Source of the DNA: a virus
Reading direction: 5' to 3' (one strand)
DNA length: 64,000 nt
IMG/VR virus record: IMGVR_UViG_3300021168_000355
Span: 1 to 64,000 of that record
Under the pieces are notes generated by a model. That model searched no databases, was not told the origin of the DNA, and was given only the letters and a program-made list of their open reading frames with translations. The position numbers were made by a program, and so were the translations under genes. Each line of letters starts with the position of its first letter. Positions within the stretch are counted from its first letter, which is position 1. This document shows, piece by piece, positions 47,888-54,980 of the stretch.

Positions 47888-48031
47888 TCGGTTAAGGTGC
47901 AGTCATCGGTTCGCCCGACACGGCACCTTACCGATATCACGTCCCTAATTGTTAGGAGTTCCCCCTCTTAGCACCGCACATGGGATGTGATTGGGGTCGA
48001 GGTCATGCGCCCCCCGTAAAACCTCGACCCC
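47888..48031 (+). ncRNA. candidate three-hairpin RNA with C-rich loops
   Basis: Three abutting hairpins; loops TTCCCC and CCCCC. Confidence 0.45.
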
Positions 48032-48051
48032 TCCCTTTCCGGGGAAATTCC

Positions 48052-48219
48052 ATGTTTGAGAGACCTGGCGTTTCCCAGCTAGTTCTGGGGTTGTTTGTAC
48101 TATGTTTGGCTTACATTATGTGGGAGATTACTGGTAATTCATGGGCATATGAGGTTCTTTACATACCTGCCGGAGTCATGATTTTTTATGGTATTTATAT
48201 AGCTTGGCGAGACGGTTAA
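48052..48219 (+). CDS. small 2-TM protein
   Basis: Two hydrophobic helices. Confidence 0.55.
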   Translation: MFERPGVSQLVLGLFVLCLAYIMWEITGNSWAYEVLYIPAGVMIFYGIYIAWRDG

Positions 48220-48229
48220 GGGAGGGGAC

Positions 48230-48592
48230 GTGAAGGACTTAACCACAATTGATAATTATCGGATGAAAACACGCGAGGTCATCGAGCAATTTGGCTCTTA
48301 TGGTGACTCTGGCTGTGGTGCTTTCCTCGTTCCCTATCCCCGAACTGGCGTTACACTCAAATGTGTCGCCAGCTCCGGCATGGGGTGGGATCACGTCTCG
48401 GTGTCATTGATGAATAGGTGTCCCAACTGGTTTGAAATGGATTTTATCAAACGGATGTTCTTTAAGCCCGATGAAGTGGCAATGCAGTTGCATGTTGGTG
48501 AGAAGGATCACATCAACATTCACCCCTATGTTCTCCATATCTGGCGTCCTCATCTTGGAATGATACCGCTCCCACCAAAGGAGTTTGTATGA
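48230..48592 (+). CDS. conserved phage hypothetical protein
   Basis: GWDHVSVS...RCP.W.EM..IK..FF...QLH....N.HP..LH.W motif family. Confidence 0.75.
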   Translation: MKDLTTIDNYRMKTREVIEQFGSYGDSGCGAFLVPYPRTGVTLKCVASSGMGWDHVSVSLMNRCPNWFEMDFIKRMFFKPDEVAMQLHVGEKDHINIHPYVLHIWRPHLGMIPLPPKEFV

Positions 48593-48900
48593 CACACCGC
48601 CTTTACGATGAAACGTGCCTAGAGCGATGGCAGAGGATCAAGAGACGCGAGGAAGCTGAGGCAGTAATCAGACGGCGGCGGAGGGAACATGAGGAGTCCT
48701 CACGGAGACCAAATAAACAACGATCCGATCGTAACGAGGATAAGACGGATACTCCTCGTCGCGATGATGACCCAATTGTTGGCATGTCTAATCCTTTCTC
48801 TCAATGGGATCCAGCCCCTTCAACAGTCGATCCTACTCCTAGCACTATCGATCCAGGCGGGGGTTCTTCTGGGGGCGGCGGTGCAACAGGGGACTATTAG
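48589..48900 (+). CDS. hypothetical protein with Gly-rich tail
   Basis: Ends GGGSSGGGGATGDY; ATGA overlap. Confidence 0.6.
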   Translation: MTHRLYDETCLERWQRIKRREEAEAVIRRRRREHEESSRRPNKQRSDRNEDKTDTPRRDDDPIVGMSNPFSQWDPAPSTVDPTPSTIDPGGGSSGGGGATGDY

Positions 48901-48934
48901 AATGCAACAGGGGACTATTAGAAGGCTCATTGCA

Positions 48935-49375
48935 ATGGCTAAATCAAAAGTGGTCACCAAGAAAAAGTTCAAGGCGGCTATGGGGCGTGATCCCATTCAA
49001 GATGAACTGGAGCGGTGCAATTGCGCTCTGGGCGGGAGTACAGGTCATTGGGGGTGTGGATGGTGCGAAGAATGCAACAAACCACGCTATGTTTGCTCCC
49101 ATCTGCCCCGTCCCCCATTGCGAGATATCGTGACGGTCAATTTGACTGTGGCTCCAGTGCGAATGGGTGCTGATGCTCCCAGGGGTCCGGAGGGTCCCAA
49201 AGTTGTGCGCCCTATGACTGAGGTCGAGAAGGAGATTGCCAGAGCAGATATGGCCTTTCTGATTGCAAAGGAGAAGGAGTCTGGGGACTGGGATAAGTGG
49301 CAGGAGAGCCAGAAGCATTGGACTGGTGCTGGAGTGCAACGTGATCTTAGGACGGGGAGATTCCGAGCGCGATGA
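48935..49375 (+). CDS. hypothetical Cys-rich protein
   Basis: RCNC...GH..CGWC..C..P...C.H. Confidence 0.6.
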   Translation: MAKSKVVTKKKFKAAMGRDPIQDELERCNCALGGSTGHWGCGWCEECNKPRYVCSHLPRPPLRDIVTVNLTVAPVRMGADAPRGPEGPKVVRPMTEVEKEIARADMAFLIAKEKESGDWDKWQESQKHWTGAGVQRDLRTGRFRAR

Positions 49376-49614
49376 CCCATGTCGTTGGATGTATGAGGAT
49401 CACCAAGCATGACCCCAAAGTCAAGTCGCGGTTGGATTGGTGCGCCAAATGCAAATTTCCGATCGCTGTTGCCCTGAGCACTCCAGTCTTTGATGATGCG
49501 GTCTATATGTGCATGTCTTGCATTCCGTGGGACGAGGTAAATGAGATTAGTCCAATAACGCTTGAACAAATCGCCGATATCAAGCAGGTACTGGAGAGGG
49601 AGAATGGCAACTAA
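49372..49614 (+). CDS. hypothetical zinc-ribbon protein
   Basis: CAKC...CMSC. Confidence 0.6.
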   Translation: MTHVVGCMRITKHDPKVKSRLDWCAKCKFPIAVALSTPVFDDAVYMCMSCIPWDEVNEISPITLEQIADIKQVLERENGN

Positions 49615-49768
49615 GGTTAGATATGCTCCCTGTTCAGAAAAGGATTGGTATAAGTTGCCTTTAAAGCTCCGACAACGGTGGTGGGATGAAACGAACTATA
49701 GCCGGAATAAACCCAGTCCTGAATTAAGGAAGGCAATAAAGGAGGCTTTAAATGGCAACCGTCACTAA
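49604..49768 (+). CDS. hypothetical protein
   Basis: GGGAG RBS; part of an overlapping gene chain. Confidence 0.55.
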   Translation: MATKVRYAPCSEKDWYKLPLKLRQRWWDETNYSRNKPSPELRKAIKEALNGNRH

Positions 49769-49949
49769 GAAGGAATTAAGTGAGGCGGGTTGTGGAACTC
49801 CCGGCTGCACCCACGACCATTCGGTTATTTATCTAACACAGGGCTGTCATCCAGGTAAAGGACTTGAGGTTCGGTACGACAAGCAAAAGGAACAATTGCT
49901 TGTCACCTGCTTTGCCTGCGATGCGGACGTGACAACCATTCAACTCTAA
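49752..49949 (+). CDS. hypothetical Cys/His-rich protein
   Basis: AAGGAGG RBS; CGTPGC..CH..CFAC. Confidence 0.65.
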   Translation: MATVTKKELSEAGCGTPGCTHDHSVIYLTQGCHPGKGLEVRYDKQKEQLLVTCFACDADVTTIQL

Positions 49950-50170
49950 TGGGGGCATCTTTGGATCCAAAGGAATTTGATTGCGAGGATTGTGGGTGCC
50001 ACGTTTATTCATGGGCCGATGACGATGCCGTAACCTGTCTTGTCTGCACATGGATTCGCTCTATGCCAGATTTGACAGAGGCCGAGATTGCCGAGATTCG
50101 GATGATGACAGCTACACCCGTCAAAGTTAAATGGAGAGGAGGAGACGATGGCGAAGCAAATGGCCTATGA
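49949..50170 (+). CDS. hypothetical zinc-ribbon protein
   Basis: CEDC...CLVC; TAATG overlap. Confidence 0.6.
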   Translation: MGASLDPKEFDCEDCGCHVYSWADDDAVTCLVCTWIRSMPDLTEAEIAEIRMMTATPVKVKWRGGDDGEANGL

Positions 50171-50357
50171 CAGCGAGTGTTGGAATCTCGCCGAACACTT
50201 TCTGACAGGCGAACCCATTCCCCCAGAGCGTGAGCGGGAGATAACGGAGTTGCTCGCACAGGAGATCCAGGACTGTGTGGAATCGTTCTGTACGTCCTCA
50301 CTGCCCCATTTGCTTGCACCAAAACCTGCGATTCCAGATGATGGGGGTATTCGTTAG
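50148..50357 (+). CDS. hypothetical protein
   Basis: GGAGG RBS; YD..C..LAEHFL...LAQ.IQ. Confidence 0.65.
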   Translation: MAKQMAYDSECWNLAEHFLTGEPIPPEREREITELLAQEIQDCVESFCTSSLPHLLAPKPAIPDDGGIR

Positions 50358-50554
50358 TGGCTTGTACCCCGCAGCTTGTGTTGTTGGTCCGTCAAGCTAT
50401 TGCGGCGGCGGTGGACAACGACTACGATGTCACCACATATTCGGATGAGGATCTGGCCGGAGACCTCGCAGCCTATGAGTACACGGTCGAAACCGAGGCA
50501 TATGAAGATATCCTCGAGGCGGTGAAGATTGTGCGGGGGAGGACTGTAACATGA
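50357..50554 (+). CDS. hypothetical acidic protein
   Basis: Overlapping gene chain. Confidence 0.5.
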   Translation: MACTPQLVLLVRQAIAAAVDNDYDVTTYSDEDLAGDLAAYEYTVETEAYEDILEAVKIVRGRTVT

Positions 50555-50787
50555 AAGCACCAACAAACGCCGAGGTATCACGGAAAAGTGAACTGGTTCG
50601 GGTCAAGTATGGCAATATGACCTTTACGGATGCGAACCTCGAGTTCGCCTACGAATTACAGGGGTTCATCAAAGCAATGGTCGTTGACCATCACCAAGAT
50701 ATGAACAATGCACTGGCGAAGGTCGGCGAACTCCTGTTTATGATCGATGAGGCTCAAAAGCCAGGCAAGGTTAATAGGTGGAAATGA
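50551..50787 (+). CDS. hypothetical protein
   Basis: GGAGG RBS; ATGA overlap. Confidence 0.6.
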   Translation: MKAPTNAEVSRKSELVRVKYGNMTFTDANLEFAYELQGFIKAMVVDHHQDMNNALAKVGELLFMIDEAQKPGKVNRWK

Positions 50788-50791
50788 TCGC

Positions 50792-50820
50792 TTGACAGGG
50801 ATGACTCCTTCTGCTATAGT
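50792..50820 (+). promoter_or_regulatory. sigma70-type promoter
   Basis: TTGACA-N17-TATAGT. Confidence 0.8.
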
Positions 50821-50856
50821 GTAACCATTAACGAGCCAGAGAGGAGGCAAAATGCT

Positions 50857-51021
50857 ATGTCAAAGCGATACCTCCGGGCGGTCTGGATCGCGATGTTCCA
50901 TGTTGTGATCCTGACGGCAGCCCACAACGTCGCCGAGGTGTTGGCAGATGTTGGCAAGGAACTGGCGGTACTGGTCAGGGACGAGTTGGCACTTGATGCA
51001 GTGGTGGCAGTGACTAAGTAG
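50857..51021 (+). CDS. small single-TM protein (54 aa)
   Basis: GGAGG RBS; hand-translated MSKRYLRAVWIAMFHVVILTAAHNVAEVLADVGKELAVLVRDELALDAVVAVTK. Confidence 0.6.
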   Translation: MSKRYLRAVWIAMFHVVILTAAHNVAEVLADVGKELAVLVRDELALDAVVAVTK

Positions 51022-51023
51022 GA

Positions 51024-51054
51024 AGTAGGGCTCGGGGACGAGCCCTACTTTTTT
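51024..51054 (+). terminator. Rho-independent terminator
   Basis: AGTAGGGCTC/GAGCCCTACT hairpin plus T run. Confidence 0.8.
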
Positions 51055-51071
51055 GGAGAGGGAGGCTGAGC

Positions 51072-51284
51072 ATGGGTAAAGGTAAAGACAAGAAAAAAGC
51101 GAAGAAAAAGGCAGAGAAGCGGATGCAAAAGGAAGCCCGAGCCTCGTTCCACCGCGCCCACCAGATTGTAGCTACCGTAATTCTGGCTAAGGAGCTTGGC
51201 TCCATCATGCGCCGCGAACGGGACAAGCCATCGCCTGTGCAAACGGACGCTCATAAGTCCCCCGACCCTTCCCCGGCCAAATGA
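51072..51284 (+). CDS. small basic protein
   Basis: GGAGG RBS; Lys-rich N-terminus. Confidence 0.55.
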   Translation: MGKGKDKKKAKKKAEKRMQKEARASFHRAHQIVATVILAKELGSIMRRERDKPSPVQTDAHKSPDPSPAK

Positions 51285-51351
51285 TAATAATCCCCCAGCT
51301 TAGACTTGCGTGAGCAAAGGCATGATGGCAATAGTGGGTATATGGGAGTTT

Positions 51352-51537
51352 ATGAGGTCTGGTTGGAGTTGGTTGTATGATCTGGGCTGGGGTGGTTTAT
51401 TGGGGTTGGTGGCTGTTGTGTGCGTGTTGTTGCCTTGTAAGTGGGACCCAGCTATAAGGCTGAAGGAATGGTTCGAGGGTTGGGATAGGGAGGGGCCGGA
51501 TGATCATGAGGAGGAATTGGAAGCAGACGATCATTGA
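51352..51537 (+). CDS. small membrane protein
   Basis: One TM, LP.KWDPAI.LKE, acidic tail. Confidence 0.5.
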   Translation: MRSGWSWLYDLGWGGLLGLVAVVCVLLPCKWDPAIRLKEWFEGWDREGPDDHEEELEADDH

Positions 51538-51701
51538 CGGCGGGGTGAATTATACATAAATAAGGGGTGGTTATTATTTTTTCTGGTGGGGTTGGGAGGG
51601 GTGCAGGCCCCCCCTTCGGCAAAACCACGGCAATCGTAAACTTTTTCGGGGTATCCCAAGGCCCACCGTGAACGCACCATGAACACCACATAGCAATCCG
51701 C

Positions 51702-51739
51702 CAAAGAAAAGCCCTGCGCTCAACTGGTGAGGCAGGGCT
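51702..51739 (-). terminator. terminator of the leftward mini-operon
   Basis: AGCCCTGC...GCAGGGCT plus TTTCTTT on the minus strand. Confidence 0.7.
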
Positions 51740-51838
51740 GGTCAATGGGAGGCGACGGTGCTATCCTACACCCAGCCCCTCATTAGAGCGGTGGTGAGAA
51801 GGACAACCGCGATGGTGTTGGCAATGACCGGGCCCATT

Positions 51839-52216
51839 TTATTCGCCCGACAATGCATGGTCAGTGCCTCGCGTAGAGGCGGCGGCGAACAGGCGGGCCT
51901 GGCGTGCCCGTATGCTCCCGTCAAGGCATGTCCTCTGGCCCACATGCTGATGGAGGTGTCCAGCGCATACCAGGGCCTGGCAGCGTGGGCACTCTGCCAC
52001 CACACGGCGATTAGGGCGACCGTCCTTCCCCTTGAGACGCTGGGGAAGGACCAGGACCAGGACCTCGCCGATGCGATGGACGCTAACGTGGTCGGGGGGA
52101 ATGGCGACCCCAGGCCTCAAGCCCAGCGCGGTGAGCAGGTCGCGGCTGTCCATTGGATAGCCATGCTGGTCCTTGAGGTAAGTGGTGCGGACCATGTTGC
52201 GGTAGGTAATACGCAT
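51839..52216 (-). CDS. hypothetical protein with C2H2-like motif
   Basis: AAGGAGG RBS; CPRC...GHL.QH...C. Confidence 0.65.
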   Translation of the reverse strand: MRITYRNMVRTTYLKDQHGYPMDSRDLLTALGLRPGVAIPPDHVSVHRIGEVLVLVLPQRLKGKDGRPNRRVVAECPRCQALVCAGHLHQHVGQRTCLDGSIRARQARLFAAASTRGTDHALSGE

Positions 52217-52226
52217 TGGAGCCTCC

Positions 52227-52487
52227 TTAGTGGCAAGAGCAGTGGTGAACGCGATGGGCGTGGACGACAGGCGCAGGCACTGTGACCACGTGGACCTCAA
52301 CTACCACCCGTTGCACGGGAGGCAGGGGAGGCGACGCAATGCCTGCCTGAGCGGTGTCGGTGGGCAGGTAGGCGTAGGCAAGGCAGCCAAGGACAAAGGC
52401 GATGATTAGGGCGAGGACAAGGCGGGGATCAAGGCGGCGATCGGTGGCGGCGGTGGCGGGAGCAGACTTGGCAGTGGACTTGGTCAT
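52227..52487 (-). CDS. membrane-anchored protein with His-rich tail
   Basis: One TM; ends HAHRVHHCSCH; GGAG RBS. Confidence 0.6.
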   Translation of the reverse strand: MTKSTAKSAPATAATDRRLDPRLVLALIIAFVLGCLAYAYLPTDTAQAGIASPPLPPVQRVVVEVHVVTVPAPVVHAHRVHHCSCH

Positions 52488-52512
52488 GAGAGGGACTCCA
52501 GTTTGGGGATTG

Positions 52513-52540
52513 AAAAAAGGGGCGCCTGAGAGGCGCCCCT
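52513..52540 (-). terminator. Rho-independent terminator
   Basis: GGGGCGCCT/AGGCGCCCC plus T run on the minus strand. Confidence 0.8.
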
Positions 52541-52551
52541 CGTTGCGTGAA

Positions 52552-53022
52552 TTACGCCTTCACCTCCTGCGCGACTGGCGCGACGGGCGCCAGCTTGTAT
52601 CGCTTGAGGTCGCCCTTGTCGCAACGGACAAGCTTGCGCTGGGTGATCTTGGCGATATCATGCAGGTCGGTGTGGATCGAGGACAGCTGGCGCAATTTGC
52701 CCCCTCGCTCCTGCGTTGCGGCACTCGCCTCTTGCAAGCTTACGCCCTCCTCACGCTGAAGGAGGGGATAAAGCACGAAGCGATTGGTGCCCTCGCGGAA
52801 GGCGCCAGTTTTGGCGAATGAAGCTTGCGCCTTCTTCATTGTGTCCTCCCACTTCACCTTCTCAGGCGCAGCGGCAGGAGCAGGCGTCTCGGCGACAGGC
52901 GCCGGAGCAGGCGTCTCAACAATCGGCGCCGGAGCAGGCGTCTCGATTGCAGGCGTTTCGGCGACGTTCGAGGTCTTCGAGGACTTGCGAGCGGCGGCGC
53001 GTTGGGCTTTAGTCAAGGACAT
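52552..53022 (-). CDS. hypothetical protein with ETPAP repeats and possible winged-helix C-domain
   Basis: ETPA(P) x4; R.GT....L...L.R.EG.SL.E. Confidence 0.65.
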   Translation of the reverse strand: MSLTKAQRAAARKSSKTSNVAETPAIETPAPAPIVETPAPAPVAETPAPAAAPEKVKWEDTMKKAQASFAKTGAFREGTNRFVLYPLLQREEGVSLQEASAATQERGGKLRQLSSIHTDLHDIAKITQRKLVRCDKGDLKRYKLAPVAPVAQEVKA

Positions 53023-53096
53023 TGTAGTATCTCACAGTTTGAGGTGGCGGCAGAGGCACTCAGGCTTGCCGGAGTCGATCAATCGACCCAACGCAA

Positions 53097-53125
53097 ACAA
53101 TAGACCCGATCGGATTCCAGTGCAA
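53097..53125 (-). promoter_or_regulatory. leftward promoter
   Basis: TTGCAC-N17-TATTGT. Confidence 0.55.
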
Positions 53126-53988
53126 CAAAAAACCAAGCAGGAGTGGATATTAAATTTAGTTGGCCGTCATCTAAAAAACAGTTGGCTCGCGTATAACACT
53201 AACCAGCGTGCGGTCCAATGGCGGAACCATCACTTTTGGTGATATGCGTTTAAATCGGCACAGAGGCTCGCTGACGGCGTTCCTTTTCGCCTCCAGCGTG
53301 CTATGGGGGCACCGCCGACTTTGCCGTGTACGAGGAAATTCCGAAAAACCAAAACCGAAAGGCCCTCTTTCGGTTCTAATTTCCAGAACCCAACTGCCAG
53401 AGTTCTGGCGAAACCTGCGACGATTGGCACAGAGGCGGTCTACACTGGCGATAGGAAATTCCAGGTATTACTTAGTCCCTGGAAAAAAATTCCTGCCGTC
53501 AGCGGTGGGTCTGAGGCGGTTTTAATAGGCTAAAACAAGGTTTGCCAATACTTAGCCTTTACTTGGTTCAGGACAGCCTATACTTGACTATACTTGCGTT
53601 GGACAAAGTATTGTGTTAGTCTAGTAAATCGATAGAGGTTCTGAGGTAACGGATTCGGATTCTGGGAATGTGGGAATGAGGCATTGGGATAGGCAGAAGG
53701 TTCTGGAATCGGGAAACTGGCAACAGGGAGGCCCGCTTTCCAGAAGCTTTGGGATTTCCAGAAGGCGGGATCAGGACTTGGGATTTCCAACAGGAGGTCA
53801 CAGTGTGTCCCCAGCGCCACAGTGACAGGGAAAGCACACCGTTGCTCCTATGTCACACCTTCGGAATTCCAGAAGTTGACAGGTGTCAACATTCGGGATT
53901 CCAGTAGGAGGATAGGACAAGGCATTGGCACGCCTCTCGCCGCCAATTGAGGCGTGCTAATAGCCCATCGTATTAACGATTGGGTATA

Positions 53989-54043
53989 GGCTCGGGGACG
54001 ACCCACATTGTCCTCGAGCCTTTTTTATTTTAGTATACTAAAC
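53989..54043 (+). terminator. terminator hairpin followed by operator palindrome
   Basis: GGCTCGGGGAC...GTCCTCGAGCC plus T run, then TTTTAGTATACTAAA. Confidence 0.6.
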
Positions 54044-54355
54044 AGGCTAAGCGATGTGTAGCCACAATTCTGGTATTCCGAAAGAGGCAGAGCAACGCTC
54101 TGCCTCTACCTGTGCTGTGAACATGCTAATAGGTGCGGTATTCCGTGTCCCCCAGCGCCGAAGGCGCTGCCGAGCAGAGCGAGGCAATTCATTGTTCTCC
54201 CTTCATTATTCAGGTACCAGGGGTGGGTTTTTTCTGAGGGGTGGGGTGGTTTTTCCTGTAAAGTTTTCCGGCTTTTTGGTGCAGAGTTTTCCGCTTTCCT
54301 TCCCCCAGCGAGAGCAAAAGTGTATCGATGGTGTATCCAAGTACCGTATCTCTTG

Positions 54356-54368
54356 TAAGTTATTGATA
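54356..54368 (-). promoter_or_regulatory. IHF-consensus site in the putative origin
   Basis: TATCAATAACTTA matches WATCAANNNNTTR; flanked by GTGTAT/ATACAC repeats. Confidence 0.5.
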
Positions 54369-54647
54369 TCATTGAGCTTTTTAAATGAGGAAATACACTA
54401 ATACACTAAATACACTGGAATCTAACAAAGTTCCGTGTAACCATGATTGTGGGAAAAAATCCCTGTTCCGCAATCTACCACACACTTAACCTGTAACTAC
54501 TCACAGTTGTAAGGTATGACATACACAACTTTAACGACCATTTATTTATTTATTTAGTCCCATATAGAAATTTGTAAACCCCTTGTGTCTAGTGTATCGT
54601 GTGTATTCGCCTGTAAAAATAAATCATTTTTGTGGATATATACGGTA

Positions 54648-54676
54648 TTGACAAGGACAAGCTTCCATGCTACTAT
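54648..54676 (+). promoter_or_regulatory. promoter of the replication operon
   Basis: TTGACA-N17-TACTAT. Confidence 0.75.
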
Positions 54677-54705
54677 ACATAATAAAGGAAAACAGGAAAA
54701 TCCTG

Positions 54706-54939
54706 ATGAACGACGTATCCTTCCTCAAAGAAACCTTTATGACCAGAGCAGAAACAACTGCCTATATTCGCTCAAAAGGTCATCACATTAGTTCTTTTTC
54801 CTTATCATATCTTGCCACACAAAAGCAAGGTCCTCCTTATAAAATATTCGGCGTTAGTGCCATTTATTCAATTACCGATGTTGATGCTTGGATAGCATCT
54901 TACTTCCGAAAATCCGAAAAACTATCCGCTACCGCTTAA
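54706..54939 (+). CDS. excisionase/AlpA-like HTH protein
   Basis: TR.E..AYI......S..L..LA...GPPY..FG..AIY...DVDAW. Confidence 0.7.
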   Translation: MNDVSFLKETFMTRAETTAYIRSKGHHISSFSLSYLATQKQGPPYKIFGVSAIYSITDVDAWIASYFRKSEKLSATA

Positions 54940-54980
54940 AGCGCCATATCGCGTTATAACCATAGTCATGGATTATATCA

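Noticed and set aside
53130-54640. CRISPR or mini-array, or real ORFs, in the non-coding region
   Set aside because: Repeats are short, degenerate and irregularly spaced; the ORFs lack RBS and protein-like composition; no cas genes
54706-54939. Integration/excision module
   Set aside because: AlpA/Xis-like HTH proteins are present but no integrase or att site was seen in the window; lifestyle left open
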